DNA of 64,000 nucleotides. Origin: Candidatus Thalassarchaeaceae archaeon. Lineage in GTDB: Archaea > Thermoplasmatota > Poseidoniia > Poseidoniales > Thalassarchaeaceae. This document shows positions 9,443 to 19,053 of the stretch, piece by piece. The notes below the pieces were generated by a model. That model had not been told where the DNA came from. It ran no database searches and saw nothing but the letters and a program-made list of their open reading frames with translations. How positions within the stretch are numbered: the first letter of the stretch is position 1; the number at the start of each line of letters is the position of its first letter. Position numbers and translations under genes: made by a program. The stretch covers positions 102,307 through 166,306 of the forward strand of contig JBJLBP010000001.1 in the NCBI GenBank assembly GCA_045568075.1, read 5' to 3'.

Positions 9443-10027
9443 ATGGGAATTCATCCAAAAATAGGCATTACTGGCCTTCCGAGGGCTGGCAAGTCTGCGG
9501 TTCTCGAAAAAGTTGTCAATATGCTAAGCGATGAGCGACGTCAAGAGAAGCGCTCTCGCAGAGATGACACCGCAGGAAATCCGATCGTTGGTGGGATGAA
9601 AACGCGCACAATTCTCGAAGATGGTCAACGCGTTGGGTTCGAATGTGTAGATATCATTACTGGAGATTCCGCAGTCATGGCACATCGAGACATAGACTCT
9701 CGAACTCGAATTCTGGGATACGGTATCAACCCCGAAGCATTAGACGAAATCGGAGTCGCCGCCATTCAACGAACAATCGAGGAGTGTGAAATCCTCGTAA
9801 TCGATGAAATCGGCAAGTATTCTGTCGAGAGCGAGGCCTTTGTCAAGGCTGTTCGTGAAGGCCTCGACAGAGATATGCCGACGATTTTGACCCTTCACAA
9901 GAAGAGTCGGCATCCGCTGCTTCAGGACATTCGTCGCCGTGATGATGCACGTATCCTCGAAGTGACTCCTGTCAATCGCGCGCTTCTGCCATACAAGATT
10001 CACAAGTTGGTCCGCGAGACTTACTGA
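9443..10027 (+). CDS. nucleoside-triphosphatase THEP1 family (COG1618)
   Basis: P-loop GITGLPRAGKS, VGGMKTRTILEDGQRVGFECVD, Walker B ILVIDEIGK and C-terminal VTPVNRALLP match the THEP1 NTPase pattern. Confidence 0.8.
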   Translation: MGIHPKIGITGLPRAGKSAVLEKVVNMLSDERRQEKRSRRDDTAGNPIVGGMKTRTILEDGQRVGFECVDIITGDSAVMAHRDIDSRTRILGYGINPEALDEIGVAAIQRTIEECEILVIDEIGKYSVESEAFVKAVREGLDRDMPTILTLHKKSRHPLLQDIRRRDDARILEVTPVNRALLPYKIHKLVRETY

Positions 10028-10089
10028 CACTGAACAGCGCGGACAGCAAAGGCGAGGCATTCATCCGCTTCGGGCTGCTCTGAGTATCG

Positions 10090-10473
10090 ATGGAATCCCC
10101 CGCGGCCCGCCTCGAGCGCGTGCTAATCGGCATCACTATCCCCGCCGCATTCCTAAGCGCGCTCGCCCTTTCAGAGGGTAGAATCGAGGTGCTCGGCTGC
10201 ACCAGCAGCTCTTGTGCAAGCATCACTGATGCCGCGCTCGTCCTGCCTATCGTCGTACTCATCTGCCTAGCAGGACTCCTCATCCTCCGCGTCTCGCGCG
10301 GACGAGAGCACGGCGAAGCACCCCTCGACCGCTGGTTCAGCCGCGAACCAGAGTCAGTGATGCGGCAACGCCTCGAAGAAGAGCGATTCGATGCTGACGA
10401 TGAAGGCATGAGTTCACGTTGGGCCCATCTTGAAAAGAAAAATCTCGAGGAGAGGTACGGCGAGGAAGAATGA
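10090..10473 (+). CDS. hypothetical membrane protein
   Basis: 127-aa ORF with two hydrophobic segments and a charged C-terminus. Confidence 0.4.
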   Translation: MESPAARLERVLIGITIPAAFLSALALSEGRIEVLGCTSSSCASITDAALVLPIVVLICLAGLLILRVSRGREHGEAPLDRWFSREPESVMRQRLEEERFDADDEGMSSRWAHLEKKNLEERYGEEE

Positions 10474-10551
10474 GGTGGTTATGGCCGCTTCACTCTCTGC
10501 TTGCGCAATCGAAACCTTGACCCATCTCCCAATCCTCGCCGACCCGATAGC

Positions 10552-10935
10552 ATGAGTGAAGTGCCCGCTGACCTGAGATACACGGAAGAGCATGAATGGG
10601 TTCGAATCGATGGTGATATCGCCATTATCGGAGTCACTGACTTCGCTCAGGATGCACTAACCGATGTCGTTTGGGTCGAACTCCCAGAGGTCGGCGCAAG
10701 TGTTGCGGCTATGGAATCGTGTGGCAGTGTCGAATCTGTAAAGTCAGTCAGCGAAATTTACGCTCCGCTCGCTGGTGAAATCACAGAGGCTAACGAGAGT
10801 CTCGAAGATGCTCCCGAGCAAATCAATCAGGATCCTTATGGCGAGGGCTGGATATGGAAAATGACGATTAGTGACGCTGGCGAATTAGACGCGCTTCTCG
10901 ACGCAGCCGGGTACAGCGAACTACTCGGTGAGTGA
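10552..10935 (+). CDS. gcvH: glycine cleavage system protein H
   Basis: YTEEHEWVRIDGDIAIIGVTDFAQDAL...VESVKSVSEIYAPLAGEI (lipoyl-lysine context) ...DPYGEGWIWKM; ATG at 10552 inside ORF 10501-10935. Confidence 0.9.
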   Translation: MSEVPADLRYTEEHEWVRIDGDIAIIGVTDFAQDALTDVVWVELPEVGASVAAMESCGSVESVKSVSEIYAPLAGEITEANESLEDAPEQINQDPYGEGWIWKMTISDAGELDALLDAAGYSELLGE

Positions 10936-11474
10936 GCCCCGTGGTTGCGGCCCTCCATATCTACGTGGATGGGTCGTGCGAAGAGAATCGAAACGTCACC
11001 GCTGAAACCCCTGCAGGATGGGGGTTCTGCGTCGTCAGAGGAGACACCGGCTTGGGCAGAGGACGTGGTGAAATCATCACCGAGGGTTTTGGGCGCGTAA
11101 TTACCGAAGAGGGTGCGAGCGGATTCATCGGAGCAGAAGTAGGCTCGAACAATACTGCCGAATTGAACGCTATCGCTGGAGCTTTGCAATGGCTTCTTGC
11201 AAAGGGAGGCGATGATTCGGTTGTCATTCGGGCCGATTCACAATATGCGCTGAATATCGCGCAAGGCGAATGGCGGGCGAAGAAGAATCGAGCCCTTGCC
11301 TCGCGCGTGCGCGCTATGTGGGAGGAGGTATCCCATCTGCGCAAGCTGGATGGAGAGCATGTACGCGCTCATCGTGGTCATCGTTGGAACGAGCGTGCCG
11401 ACCATCTTGCTTTCAGAGCAATGAGTGGCGAGGACCCCCTGCCTCTACAATTCTGGAAACCGGGTAACAGATAG
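10932..11474 (+). CDS. rnhA: ribonuclease HI
   Basis: IYVDGSC...GSNNTAELNAIAGALQWL...IRADSQYALNIAQGEW...HRGHRWNERADHLA covers the RNase H catalytic D/E/D/D motifs; GTG start overlapping the gcvH stop. Confidence 0.85.
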   Translation: MSPVVAALHIYVDGSCEENRNVTAETPAGWGFCVVRGDTGLGRGRGEIITEGFGRVITEEGASGFIGAEVGSNNTAELNAIAGALQWLLAKGGDDSVVIRADSQYALNIAQGEWRAKKNRALASRVRAMWEEVSHLRKLDGEHVRAHRGHRWNERADHLAFRAMSGEDPLPLQFWKPGNR

Positions 11475-11486
11475 GCTATGAAGCGA

Positions 11487-11930
11487 TTATTCTGCGGTTG
11501 ATTCTGGGTCTGCTAGAGGCCCGCTGGCAAGCATCGCATAAGCTCCTGAAAGTGACGTCAACAGGCCGATTAGCATCAGCACTAGGCCTGTTGGATCGGG
11601 CAAGTAGGGTTGTAATGGATTGCCCGCGACCCAAGCGAGAATAATTGTCGCAATCCCAGCAAAGAGCACCTTGCGAGATGAGCCGATTGGGTCCTGCCAT
11701 CGATCGAGCCACGGAATCAAGCCCTTCCGCTTGAAAGTGGCTCGATACCAAGCGACGTACCAAAAGCCCAATCCGATGAGTCCGATGATGCCGACACTGA
11801 AGGATTCTGAATCCCAGGGTCCAGCTGGAGCAACACCCAGAACTGCAGCATCGAGGACTAGCAAAGAACCAATCACAGCATGGACTGTAAAGTCGGGAGC
11901 ACCCTCACTCATCGCACCTCGCAGGTGCAC
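11487..11930 (-). CDS. hypothetical integral membrane protein
   Basis: 147-aa ORF with about 4 predicted transmembrane helices. Confidence 0.45.
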   Translation of the reverse strand: MHLRGAMSEGAPDFTVHAVIGSLLVLDAAVLGVAPAGPWDSESFSVGIIGLIGLGFWYVAWYRATFKRKGLIPWLDRWQDPIGSSRKVLFAGIATIILAWVAGNPLQPYLPDPTGLVLMLIGLLTSLSGAYAMLASGPLADPESTAE

Positions 11931-11990
11931 ATAGGGCTTGAACGCGCCGCAGCAGTGATGCGCTCAAGGCGCTTGGGAGGGGTGAGACGG

Positions 11991-12938
11991 ATGGCTGCGG
12001 TCGACTTTGAGGATGTTCGCGAGGCGGCGGCTCGCATCGATGGAATCGTCGCTTACACTCCTGTTCTGACATCGCCAGCACTCAACTCGATGGCTGGCCG
12101 GCGCCTCTTCTTCAAGTGCGAGAATTTGCAACATGTCGGCGCCTTCAAATTCCGCGGAGCAAGCAATGCAGTAGCGCTCCTCGGTGAGGAAGCCGAGCGC
12201 GGCATCTGCACACATTCGAGTGGGAATCACGCCCAAGCAGTAGCGCTCGCAGCCAAGCAGCGTGGCGTTTCTGCCTACATCGTGATGCCGGATACTGCCC
12301 CCCGCGTCAAGATCGAGGGGGTTCGCAGCCATGGGGCTGAAATCACCTTCTGCGAGCCCACCCTAGAGGCCCGCGAAAGAACCGCAGCAGCGGTCATGGA
12401 AAGGACTGGAGCCGCCTTCGTCCATCCATTCGACGACCCGAGGGTCGTCGCTGGACAGGGCACCGCTGCCCTCGAGCTGATCAACGAGGTTGGACCGCTC
12501 GATGCAATCATCGCACCCATCGGTGGCGGTGGCCTACTGTCAGGAACCTGCGTCACCACTCGCGCCCTGCTACCTGAGGCCCGAATTTTCGGGGCTGAGC
12601 CAACTGGAGCGGATGATGCGGCGCGCTCGCTCGCCGCGGGTCATCTCATCCCGCAGACCGGCCCAAACACCATCTGTGACGGTCTGCTGACTTCCCTCTC
12701 GGACTTGACATACGGAATTCTGTCCGAGCATCTCGAGGACATCATCACCGTCACGGACGAGGAAGTTCTCGCCGCGATGTCACTAATCAAAAACCATCTA
12801 GACATCGTAGTTGAACCGTCATCAGCAACGGTTCTCGCCGCCGTGCTGAGTCCTGAATTTAGCGCACTGAGCGGCATCGACAGCCTAGGGCTAATCCTAT
12901 CTGGAGGAAATGTCGACCCAGAACAATTCCCAAATTGA
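11991..12938 (+). CDS. threonine/serine dehydratase family PLP enzyme (fold type II; serine racemase-like)
   Basis: PLP-lysine motif HVGAFKFRGASNA, glycine loop PIGGGGLLSG; ATG at 11991 (MAAVDFEDV) inside ORF 11880-12938. Confidence 0.8.
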   Translation: MAAVDFEDVREAAARIDGIVAYTPVLTSPALNSMAGRRLFFKCENLQHVGAFKFRGASNAVALLGEEAERGICTHSSGNHAQAVALAAKQRGVSAYIVMPDTAPRVKIEGVRSHGAEITFCEPTLEARERTAAAVMERTGAAFVHPFDDPRVVAGQGTAALELINEVGPLDAIIAPIGGGGLLSGTCVTTRALLPEARIFGAEPTGADDAARSLAAGHLIPQTGPNTICDGLLTSLSDLTYGILSEHLEDIITVTDEEVLAAMSLIKNHLDIVVEPSSATVLAAVLSPEFSALSGIDSLGLILSGGNVDPEQFPN

Positions 12939-12985
12939 CTGCCTTGATGGCTATCGCAACACACCCCATTAGATTGGAGCACAAG

Positions 12986-13023
12986 CCGGGATTTGCACCC
13001 GGGTCCACGGATCTGCAATCCGT
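12986..13023 (+). terminator. two adjacent GC-rich hairpins downstream of the dehydratase gene
   Basis: CCGGG-ATTTGCA-CCCGG followed by ACGGAT-CTGCA-ATCCGT, read directly from the sequence; function as terminator is inference. Confidence 0.25.
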
Positions 13024-13189
13024 TGCATAGCTACTCTGCCACTCGTGCGACAGACGCCCGACCCCCGACCCCCTCTTGAAGAATCTTCTCAGTGATGATG
13101 AGTGTCAGCGCCGAACCTCCACTTGTGAATGGAAGGAAGAGGGAGATTTCCGGTAGTATGTTCAAAGAGTAGATTCTCTAGGGCGTATT

Positions 13190-14041
13190 GTGGAAAAAGA
13201 GTGGTGGAAAAAGGACGACCCTCAGTGGCATGAGGAAAATCAGCAGGACCCACCATCCGAAGCCGACCTAGCGGAGCAACAACGCATCGTACAGGAGCGT
13301 TATCGTAAAGAACACTCAACAGGCAATGAAGAAGACAATGAAACAAACAACATGTTTCCAAAATCTATTGTTATTGTTGGTGTTGTTGTATTGGTAATAG
13401 GCGTCATGCTCATCGGTTTTGCAGCTGCATCTGTAGGTGATCTGGGGTCTGATGAAGAATGGATATCCGTAGACTCAAAGATTGATGCAAAATACCCAGG
13501 ATACAACGAGATTCGGGTTGAAGATTGCTACACTGACGATTGGGGTGATGAATACTGCGAATATTGGTACGAATTGGAGTGCTGGGTTGATTTGGACGTA
13601 TCCTACATAGTGGAAAATACCACTTATCATGCTCAGTTCGACCAATATCATATCGAAAATTACGAAGACTACGATGGAGCCGAGGAGGATTGCTTAGAAT
13701 ATGGCCAGAATGGAACTATGATGGTGGGCACCAACTTTGAGATTTTTTACAACTCCAACGACCCAAGCGATGCACGCCTTGAACCTCCCATGAGCGGTGC
13801 TGCGATTTTGTTGATGTTTTGTGGAATTGGAGTTCTTTTTGGAATTCTAGCTTTGGTCGGCTTCCTTCGTGGGGATTGGGGAACGAGTGCTTCTAGTAGG
13901 GCAAGTACTGGAATTACGTTCAACATTGGTGGCCGTGGTTCTTTCATGGGAAGAGGAAGAAGACATCGGAAGGTAAGTCGTAAGTCACGAAGAGGTTCTA
14001 GAGGTCGGTCTGGTGGCGGCAGATCTGGCGGCGGTCGTTGA
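13190..14041 (+). CDS. hypothetical two-TM membrane protein (DUF3592-like topology) with RG/RS-rich tail
   Basis: GTG start (or ATG at 13352); TM1 SIVIVGVVVLVIGVMLIGF, Cys/Trp/Tyr-rich domain ending in FEIFYNSNDPSDARLE (resembles the DUF3592 motif), TM2 AAILLMFCGIGVLFGILALVGF, then RGRRHRKVSRKSRRGSRGRSGGGRSGGGR; local GC about 35-45%. Confidence 0.55.
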   Translation: MEKEWWKKDDPQWHEENQQDPPSEADLAEQQRIVQERYRKEHSTGNEEDNETNNMFPKSIVIVGVVVLVIGVMLIGFAAASVGDLGSDEEWISVDSKIDAKYPGYNEIRVEDCYTDDWGDEYCEYWYELECWVDLDVSYIVENTTYHAQFDQYHIENYEDYDGAEEDCLEYGQNGTMMVGTNFEIFYNSNDPSDARLEPPMSGAAILLMFCGIGVLFGILALVGFLRGDWGTSASSRASTGITFNIGGRGSFMGRGRRHRKVSRKSRRGSRGRSGGGRSGGGR

Positions 14042-14089
14042 TTTCCCAGCCCTGAAATAACCGCATTTCAAATGAGGTGAGCCTTCCGT

Positions 14090-14974
14090 GTGCTCATGAT
14101 GGAGCGCTTACAAGTTCAGTCTCGCTCCCCATTTGAGATTCATCACATACTGACTGGTTTGGAAAAAACACCTCAAACTACAATTGAGGCTGAACTATTC
14201 CTTCCGGAAGGCGATGGACCGTTTGGGTGTGTAATTGCCCATCATGGAAGCAAAGGTTGGGCAACTCATCATCAAGACCACATCGATGGTTGGATCAATG
14301 CTGGGCTGGCGGTTTGTAAGGTAAATTCATTCGCCGCAAGAGGGATTGATTCAACGGTTGACGACCAACTTTCGGTAACTCATGCAATGATGCTTGTTGA
14401 TACCTTTAGCACGCGTTCTGTATTGGCTCAAGACCCTAGGATCAACAAGATTGGAATCGCAGGTTGGAGCCTCGGTGGAACTGTTGCTCTGTACTCGGCA
14501 TGGTCTCCTATTATCGAGATTCTAGGGTCTGCATTCGATGCTCATTTGCCATTCTATCCAGCAGCTCATATTCGACCCGATATCCAAAATTGGTCGGACT
14601 CACCAATTTTGATTCTTCATGGAGATGCTGACAATTGGACTCCTGTGCATCTGGTTGAAGAACTACTTCCTCAACTTCCGAATGCTACCTTACATACATA
14701 TCCTGATGCACACCATTCTTTCGACAGTGAAAAAGAACTGACACTTCTTCCAAAGGCGGTTCGCTTAAGGAAGCGAACTGCTAGAATAGACAAGAATGGA
14801 TACATGTCTGGAGAATTATTACTTGGTATTCGATTGCCTCTGAACGAGCGCTGGCAGCGTAGATGGATTATCCGACTTTTGCGAAACAGAGGGGCCCATG
14901 TGGAAGGCAACCCCTCTGCTCGTGCTGATTCTCTAGATAGGGCTAGAGATTTCTTCGTAGAGCAACTTTCCTAG
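14090..14974 (+). CDS. alpha/beta hydrolase, dienelactone hydrolase-like
   Basis: Nucleophile elbow GWSLGG, LILHGDADNWTP and C-terminal HH as in DLH-family hydrolases. Confidence 0.6.
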   Translation: MLMMERLQVQSRSPFEIHHILTGLEKTPQTTIEAELFLPEGDGPFGCVIAHHGSKGWATHHQDHIDGWINAGLAVCKVNSFAARGIDSTVDDQLSVTHAMMLVDTFSTRSVLAQDPRINKIGIAGWSLGGTVALYSAWSPIIEILGSAFDAHLPFYPAAHIRPDIQNWSDSPILILHGDADNWTPVHLVEELLPQLPNATLHTYPDAHHSFDSEKELTLLPKAVRLRKRTARIDKNGYMSGELLLGIRLPLNERWQRRWIIRLLRNRGAHVEGNPSARADSLDRARDFFVEQLS

Positions 14975-14985
14975 GATAATTGGAC

Positions 14986-15011
14986 TGCAAATTAACTGGT
15001 GTAAATTTGCA
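14986..15011 (+). terminator. inverted repeat TGCAAATT-N10-AATTTGCA between hydrolase and aminotransferase genes
   Basis: 8-bp perfect arms read from sequence, 12 nt after the stop at 14974; terminator role is inference. Confidence 0.25.
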
Positions 15012-15044
15012 TATCTTGAAGACCGGCCTGCACTCAGTCGATGC

Positions 15045-16175
15045 ATGCCTAAGGTCTCGTCTCGCTACGATGGGTTGGGTGTGGGCTTCGCGCCTTACCT
15101 GCAACCCCCTGGTCCTGAGGTCGTCCGCTGGACTGTAGGTGAGCCGGGATTTGATACGCCGCGCGAGGTGATTGATGCGGCGATTTCCGAGCTTGAGGCT
15201 GGCAATACGAAGTACACGCGCGGGCCGGGTGCGATGGATCTGTGTCAGGCCGTAGCCGACTACATGGAGCGCCACCACGATGTCAAGGTGAGCGCAGAGG
15301 ATGTGGTAATCACGCCGGGCGCTAAGCAAGCTTTGCTCTACTCATTCATGATCACTACAATGCCCGGCGATGAAGCCATCCTTCTGGCTCCATCGTGGGC
15401 CAGTTACGAGCCGATGCTCGAATTGATTGGAGCGGTGCCTGTCCACGTACCAGTCAAGAGAGAGGATTTTCATCCAGACCTCGATGCAATTCGAGCAGCA
15501 GTTACTGACAAGACTCGGATGATTTTGCTAAACTCGCCATGCAACCCGACGGGCGCTGTCTTTACTCCGGCTGAAATTCAAGCGATTGTCGACATCGCAG
15601 TCGAACACGACCTGTGGATCGTCTCTGACGAAATCTATGCCCGCCTCAATTGGACCGATTACCCCCACGTCTCTCCAGCAGCGGTGCCCGGCGGAGCTGA
15701 GCGAACGCTCGTCGTCAATGGATGGTCGAAATCATGGGCGATGACTGGTATGCGCATCGGCTTCCTCACCGGCCCGCCCGATGCAATGAAAGCCGCAATC
15801 AAGTCTCAAGCGAATTCGGCTTCCCACATCCCAACATTCCTCATGGAAGCCGCGCGCGTCGCCCTATCGTGTGACGACGCAGTCGACCGATTCAACACAG
15901 AATACCAGAAGCGAGGCGCGATCATGACCAAGGGTCTGTCTGAGATTCCTGGTCTGCGTCTAGGGGCGTGCGAAGGGGCATTCTACGTGTTCATTGACGT
16001 CACCGGAACGGGCATGACCGATGTTGAATTTGCAGACGGGGCGCTGGCGGCTGGTGTACAGTTGATTCCGACGAGTCTAATCGCCGGCGGTGAAGGCTTT
16101 GTCAGAGTCTCATATGCGGCCGATGAAGAGGTAATTCAGGAAGGATTGCGCCGGCTCAAGGCTTGGCTTTGTTGA
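15045..16175 (+). CDS. class I/II pyridoxal-phosphate aminotransferase (aspartate aminotransferase family)
   Basis: LLNSPCNPTGAVF, PLP-lysine region VVNGWSKSWAMTGMRIGF. Confidence 0.85.
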   Translation: MPKVSSRYDGLGVGFAPYLQPPGPEVVRWTVGEPGFDTPREVIDAAISELEAGNTKYTRGPGAMDLCQAVADYMERHHDVKVSAEDVVITPGAKQALLYSFMITTMPGDEAILLAPSWASYEPMLELIGAVPVHVPVKREDFHPDLDAIRAAVTDKTRMILLNSPCNPTGAVFTPAEIQAIVDIAVEHDLWIVSDEIYARLNWTDYPHVSPAAVPGGAERTLVVNGWSKSWAMTGMRIGFLTGPPDAMKAAIKSQANSASHIPTFLMEAARVALSCDDAVDRFNTEYQKRGAIMTKGLSEIPGLRLGACEGAFYVFIDVTGTGMTDVEFADGALAAGVQLIPTSLIAGGEGFVRVSYAADEEVIQEGLRRLKAWLC

Positions 16176-16223
16176 GAATCATTGAAATCGGAACCAGCAC
16201 CGAGCACTCCTGCTTGAGGTGGT

Positions 16224-16628
16224 ATGATGACTCGTTCGCACGGCAAGCACGTCTACGTCGACTACACCGGATACCACCGCAATGGGGTCCACGATGGAGA
16301 GTGGATGCTGGAGTGTATGGTCGAGGCTGCGAACGCTGCGGGCGTGCGGATTGTGCATTCTCATGTCGAGGAATTCGACGGCAGCGTCTCACCGACGGGC
16401 TTTGCTGCCGTCGTCCTTCTTGATGAAAGCCACATCAGTGCACATTGCTACTACAACAATGGCTGGCTAGCCATCGATTCATTCACTTGTGGCGGTAGTG
16501 ATCCTGAGGTTGCTGCCGATGCACTGGATGAGGCTTTACGCGGCGCTATGGAAGGATTAGTTCAGATGCGCCGCGAAGTTGTTGAGAGATTTTTGCATAC
16601 TGATCTCGAAGGCAGTGAGGAGGCTTGA
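16224..16628 (+). CDS. speH: S-adenosylmethionine decarboxylase proenzyme (pyruvoyl type, class 1)
   Basis: VVLLDESHISAHCYYNNGWLAIDSFTCGG contains the E-S self-cleavage site and FTCG motif. Confidence 0.85.
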   Translation: MMTRSHGKHVYVDYTGYHRNGVHDGEWMLECMVEAANAAGVRIVHSHVEEFDGSVSPTGFAAVVLLDESHISAHCYYNNGWLAIDSFTCGGSDPEVAADALDEALRGAMEGLVQMRREVVERFLHTDLEGSEEA

Positions 16629-16631
16629 CGT

Positions 16632-17582
16632 ATGGCGATTAGAGAGTTCATTCAACGCCACTATCATCACTTCAATGCCGGAGCGTTGGCCGATTGCGCT
16701 GAGTCACTAAACGGCTTTCTCGACGGCGGTGGCCGAATGATGATTACACTCGCTGGAGCGATGTCGACTGCTGGAATCGGCCGATCATTGGCTCCGGCAA
16801 TTCGCGCCCAGAAGGTGCATGCGATTTGTTGCACTGGCGCGAATCTCGAGGAGGACTTGTTCCGATTGGTTGCCTCCTCGTCTTACGAGAGAGTTCAGGA
16901 TTGGCGAGACTGGAGCGCGGAGTCGGATGCTAGTTTGGCTGAGCGCGGGATGAATCGAGTGACTGATGTAGCGATTCCTGAGGAAGAGGCAATTCGCTAC
17001 ATCGAGAAGCCTCTGCTACAACTTTGGAAGGACGCGGAAGCTGCTGGCGACCGGCGTTTTCCCCACGAGTATCTCTACGACCTCTTACTTCACGGCGAAC
17101 TTGAACTCGATTCCGACCCAAAGGATTCCTGGTTGATGGCAGCCGCGGACGCAAATCTACCGATCTTTGTCCCCGGCTGGGAGGATTCGACACTGGGTAA
17201 TATTCTGGTGAGTCGTGTCATCGATTGTACAATTCAAAGTGCTGACATCGTCAAGAGTGGGTTGTTCGCAATGCAGTCACTGGCAGACTGGTATCGTGAG
17301 GATGATTCACCCACTGGTATTCTGCAAGTTGGTGGTGGCATCGCAGGAGATTTCGCAATTTGTGTCGTCCCAATGCTACGCCAAGATGTTGGTCAAGATG
17401 TGCCACTGTGGGCCTGGTTCGGACAAATCTCTGAGTCGCGGCCGTCATACGGTGGGTATTCAGGCGCGCCTCCAAATGAGAAAATTAGTTGGGGTAAATT
17501 AGGAATTGAAACGCCGAGATTCGTGATTGAGTCGGACGCAACAATTGTTTTGCCGTTGATACTAGCATCGTTAGAAAACTAA
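16632..17582 (+). CDS. deoxyhypusine synthase (or DHS-like homospermidine-synthase family protein)
   Basis: ITLAGAMSTAGIGRSL...AICCTGANLEEDLF and glycine-rich VGGGIAGDFAI match the DHS fold; starts 3 nt after the speH stop. Confidence 0.7.
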   Translation: MAIREFIQRHYHHFNAGALADCAESLNGFLDGGGRMMITLAGAMSTAGIGRSLAPAIRAQKVHAICCTGANLEEDLFRLVASSSYERVQDWRDWSAESDASLAERGMNRVTDVAIPEEEAIRYIEKPLLQLWKDAEAAGDRRFPHEYLYDLLLHGELELDSDPKDSWLMAAADANLPIFVPGWEDSTLGNILVSRVIDCTIQSADIVKSGLFAMQSLADWYREDDSPTGILQVGGGIAGDFAICVVPMLRQDVGQDVPLWAWFGQISESRPSYGGYSGAPPNEKISWGKLGIETPRFVIESDATIVLPLILASLEN

Positions 17583-17696
17583 CCTCATGAAAACGACAGT
17601 ATATATCTGACACCACGATGTCGATTCATGACCAAGAGAGCGAACAGACTATGGCAAAGGCTTGAGGAACAACTCGAGCAATTGGCAGCAATCTCA

Positions 17697-17722
17697 TTGA
17701 GTGAGTAAGATTACTCAATCAA
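17697..17722 (+). terminator. imperfect 12-bp inverted repeat between convergent DHS and enolase genes
   Basis: TTGAGTGAGTAA-GA-TTACTCAATCAA (one mismatch) abutting the enolase stop; no oligo-T tract, so termination role is uncertain. Confidence 0.2.
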
Positions 17723-18964
17723 TCAAAACAGATTCGCGTAAGTGCTACACTTCTCGCTTATTCTGAGTAGTTGATTGTACTTCGCTGTCCTGTCTGATCT
17801 TGCTGGAGCTCCTGTTTTAATTTGTCCAGCATCAGTTCCAACAGCAATGTCTGAGATGATTGAGTCTGCGGTTTCTCCTGAGCGATGGCTGATGATTGTG
17901 CCAAGGCCGGCAGCCTTTGCCATCGCGATTACCTCGAGCGTCTCTGATACCGTTCCAATCTGATTGAGTTTGATGAGAATCGCATTCGAAGCGCCCATCG
18001 CAATACCTTGAGCGAACCGCTCGGGATTAGTCACATACAGATCGTCACCAACGACCTGAACCCTGTGTCCTTCACGCTGGGTGAATTCTACCCAAGAGTC
18101 CCAATCGTCCTCACCGAATGGGTCTTCGATCGAGACGATTGGATAATCATCGAGCCAAGCAGAGTATAGTCGTCCCAATTCGGAGCCACTCATCACCCCG
18201 CCATCGATGTGGTAACCATCCTCATGGAGGAATTCTTGGCTCGCCACATCCAAAGCAATCGAGACCTGTTCGCCAGGAAGATAGCCAGCTCCTGAAATCG
18301 CATCTACAACAAAGCGCAGGCCCTCCTCATTTCGAGGTAGGTTAGGTGCAAAGCCTCCTTCGTCGCCAACTCCACCAAGTAATCCAGCATCTTTGAGCAC
18401 GGCGCGCAGTGAGTGATAGATTTCCACGCCAGCACGCAGAGCCTCTGGGTAAGAATCGAAGCCGTGTGGTACAACCATGAATTCCTGCACATCAACATTC
18501 GAATTTGCGTGAGCCCCGCCATTGAGGATATTCATCAACGGCACAGGTAGACTGGCCGAGCCATCGGAGAGGTGTTGCCAAATCTCGCCATCGCCGACTG
18601 TTGCCCTTAGACAAGCCATAGAGGCCCCGAGCATTGCATTAGCGCCGATGTCGCCCTTGTTTGGTGTAGAGTCGAGAGCTAGCATTGCGGCGTCGACTGC
18701 GCCTTGATCGCTAGCATCCATTCCGACTAGAGCATCAGCGATTCGCCCGTTGACATTTGCAACTGCTCCGTCGACGCCTTTGCCGGCCCAGCGGTCGCCA
18801 CCATCGCGCAATTCGACAGCTTCGTGACGGCCAGTGCTAGCTCCAGAAGGAACCATTGCTCGGCCTAGTGTTCCGTCTTCGGTAACGCAGTCAACCTCGA
18901 CTGTTGGGTTACCACGAGAGTCGAGGACCATTCTTCCGTGGACGCGCGAGATGCGGGTGCCCAT
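17723..18964 (-). CDS. eno: enolase (phosphopyruvate hydratase)
   Basis: MGTRISRVHGRMVLDSRGNPTVEVD, SGETADSIISDIAVG and IKTGAPARSDRTAKYNQLLRI are canonical enolase motifs. Confidence 0.95.
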   Translation of the reverse strand: MGTRISRVHGRMVLDSRGNPTVEVDCVTEDGTLGRAMVPSGASTGRHEAVELRDGGDRWAGKGVDGAVANVNGRIADALVGMDASDQGAVDAAMLALDSTPNKGDIGANAMLGASMACLRATVGDGEIWQHLSDGSASLPVPLMNILNGGAHANSNVDVQEFMVVPHGFDSYPEALRAGVEIYHSLRAVLKDAGLLGGVGDEGGFAPNLPRNEEGLRFVVDAISGAGYLPGEQVSIALDVASQEFLHEDGYHIDGGVMSGSELGRLYSAWLDDYPIVSIEDPFGEDDWDSWVEFTQREGHRVQVVGDDLYVTNPERFAQGIAMGASNAILIKLNQIGTVSETLEVIAMAKAAGLGTIISHRSGETADSIISDIAVGTDAGQIKTGAPARSDRTAKYNQLLRISEKCSTYANLF

Positions 18965-19053
18965 TGAACCGCCGACCGGCGGGTGCTTTCTCAAGATACC
19001 GCAATAATTTCACTACATAACTTGTCAAAGAAACCAGTTTAATCCAAAAATAA

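Noticed and set aside
12986-13040. Possible tRNA or tRNA-like element from two adjacent hairpins with 7- and 5-nt loops
   Set aside because: No acceptor stem can be formed and the 7-nt loop (ATTTGCA / TGCAAAT) lacks the TTC of a T-loop; more likely a terminator or structured intergenic RNA.
17629-17709. 27-codon ORF (MTKRANRLWQRLEEQLEQLAAISLSE) in the DHS-enolase intergenic region
   Set aside because: Too short and without ribosome-binding or conservation evidence; the region is better explained as 3' UTR/terminator of the convergent genes.
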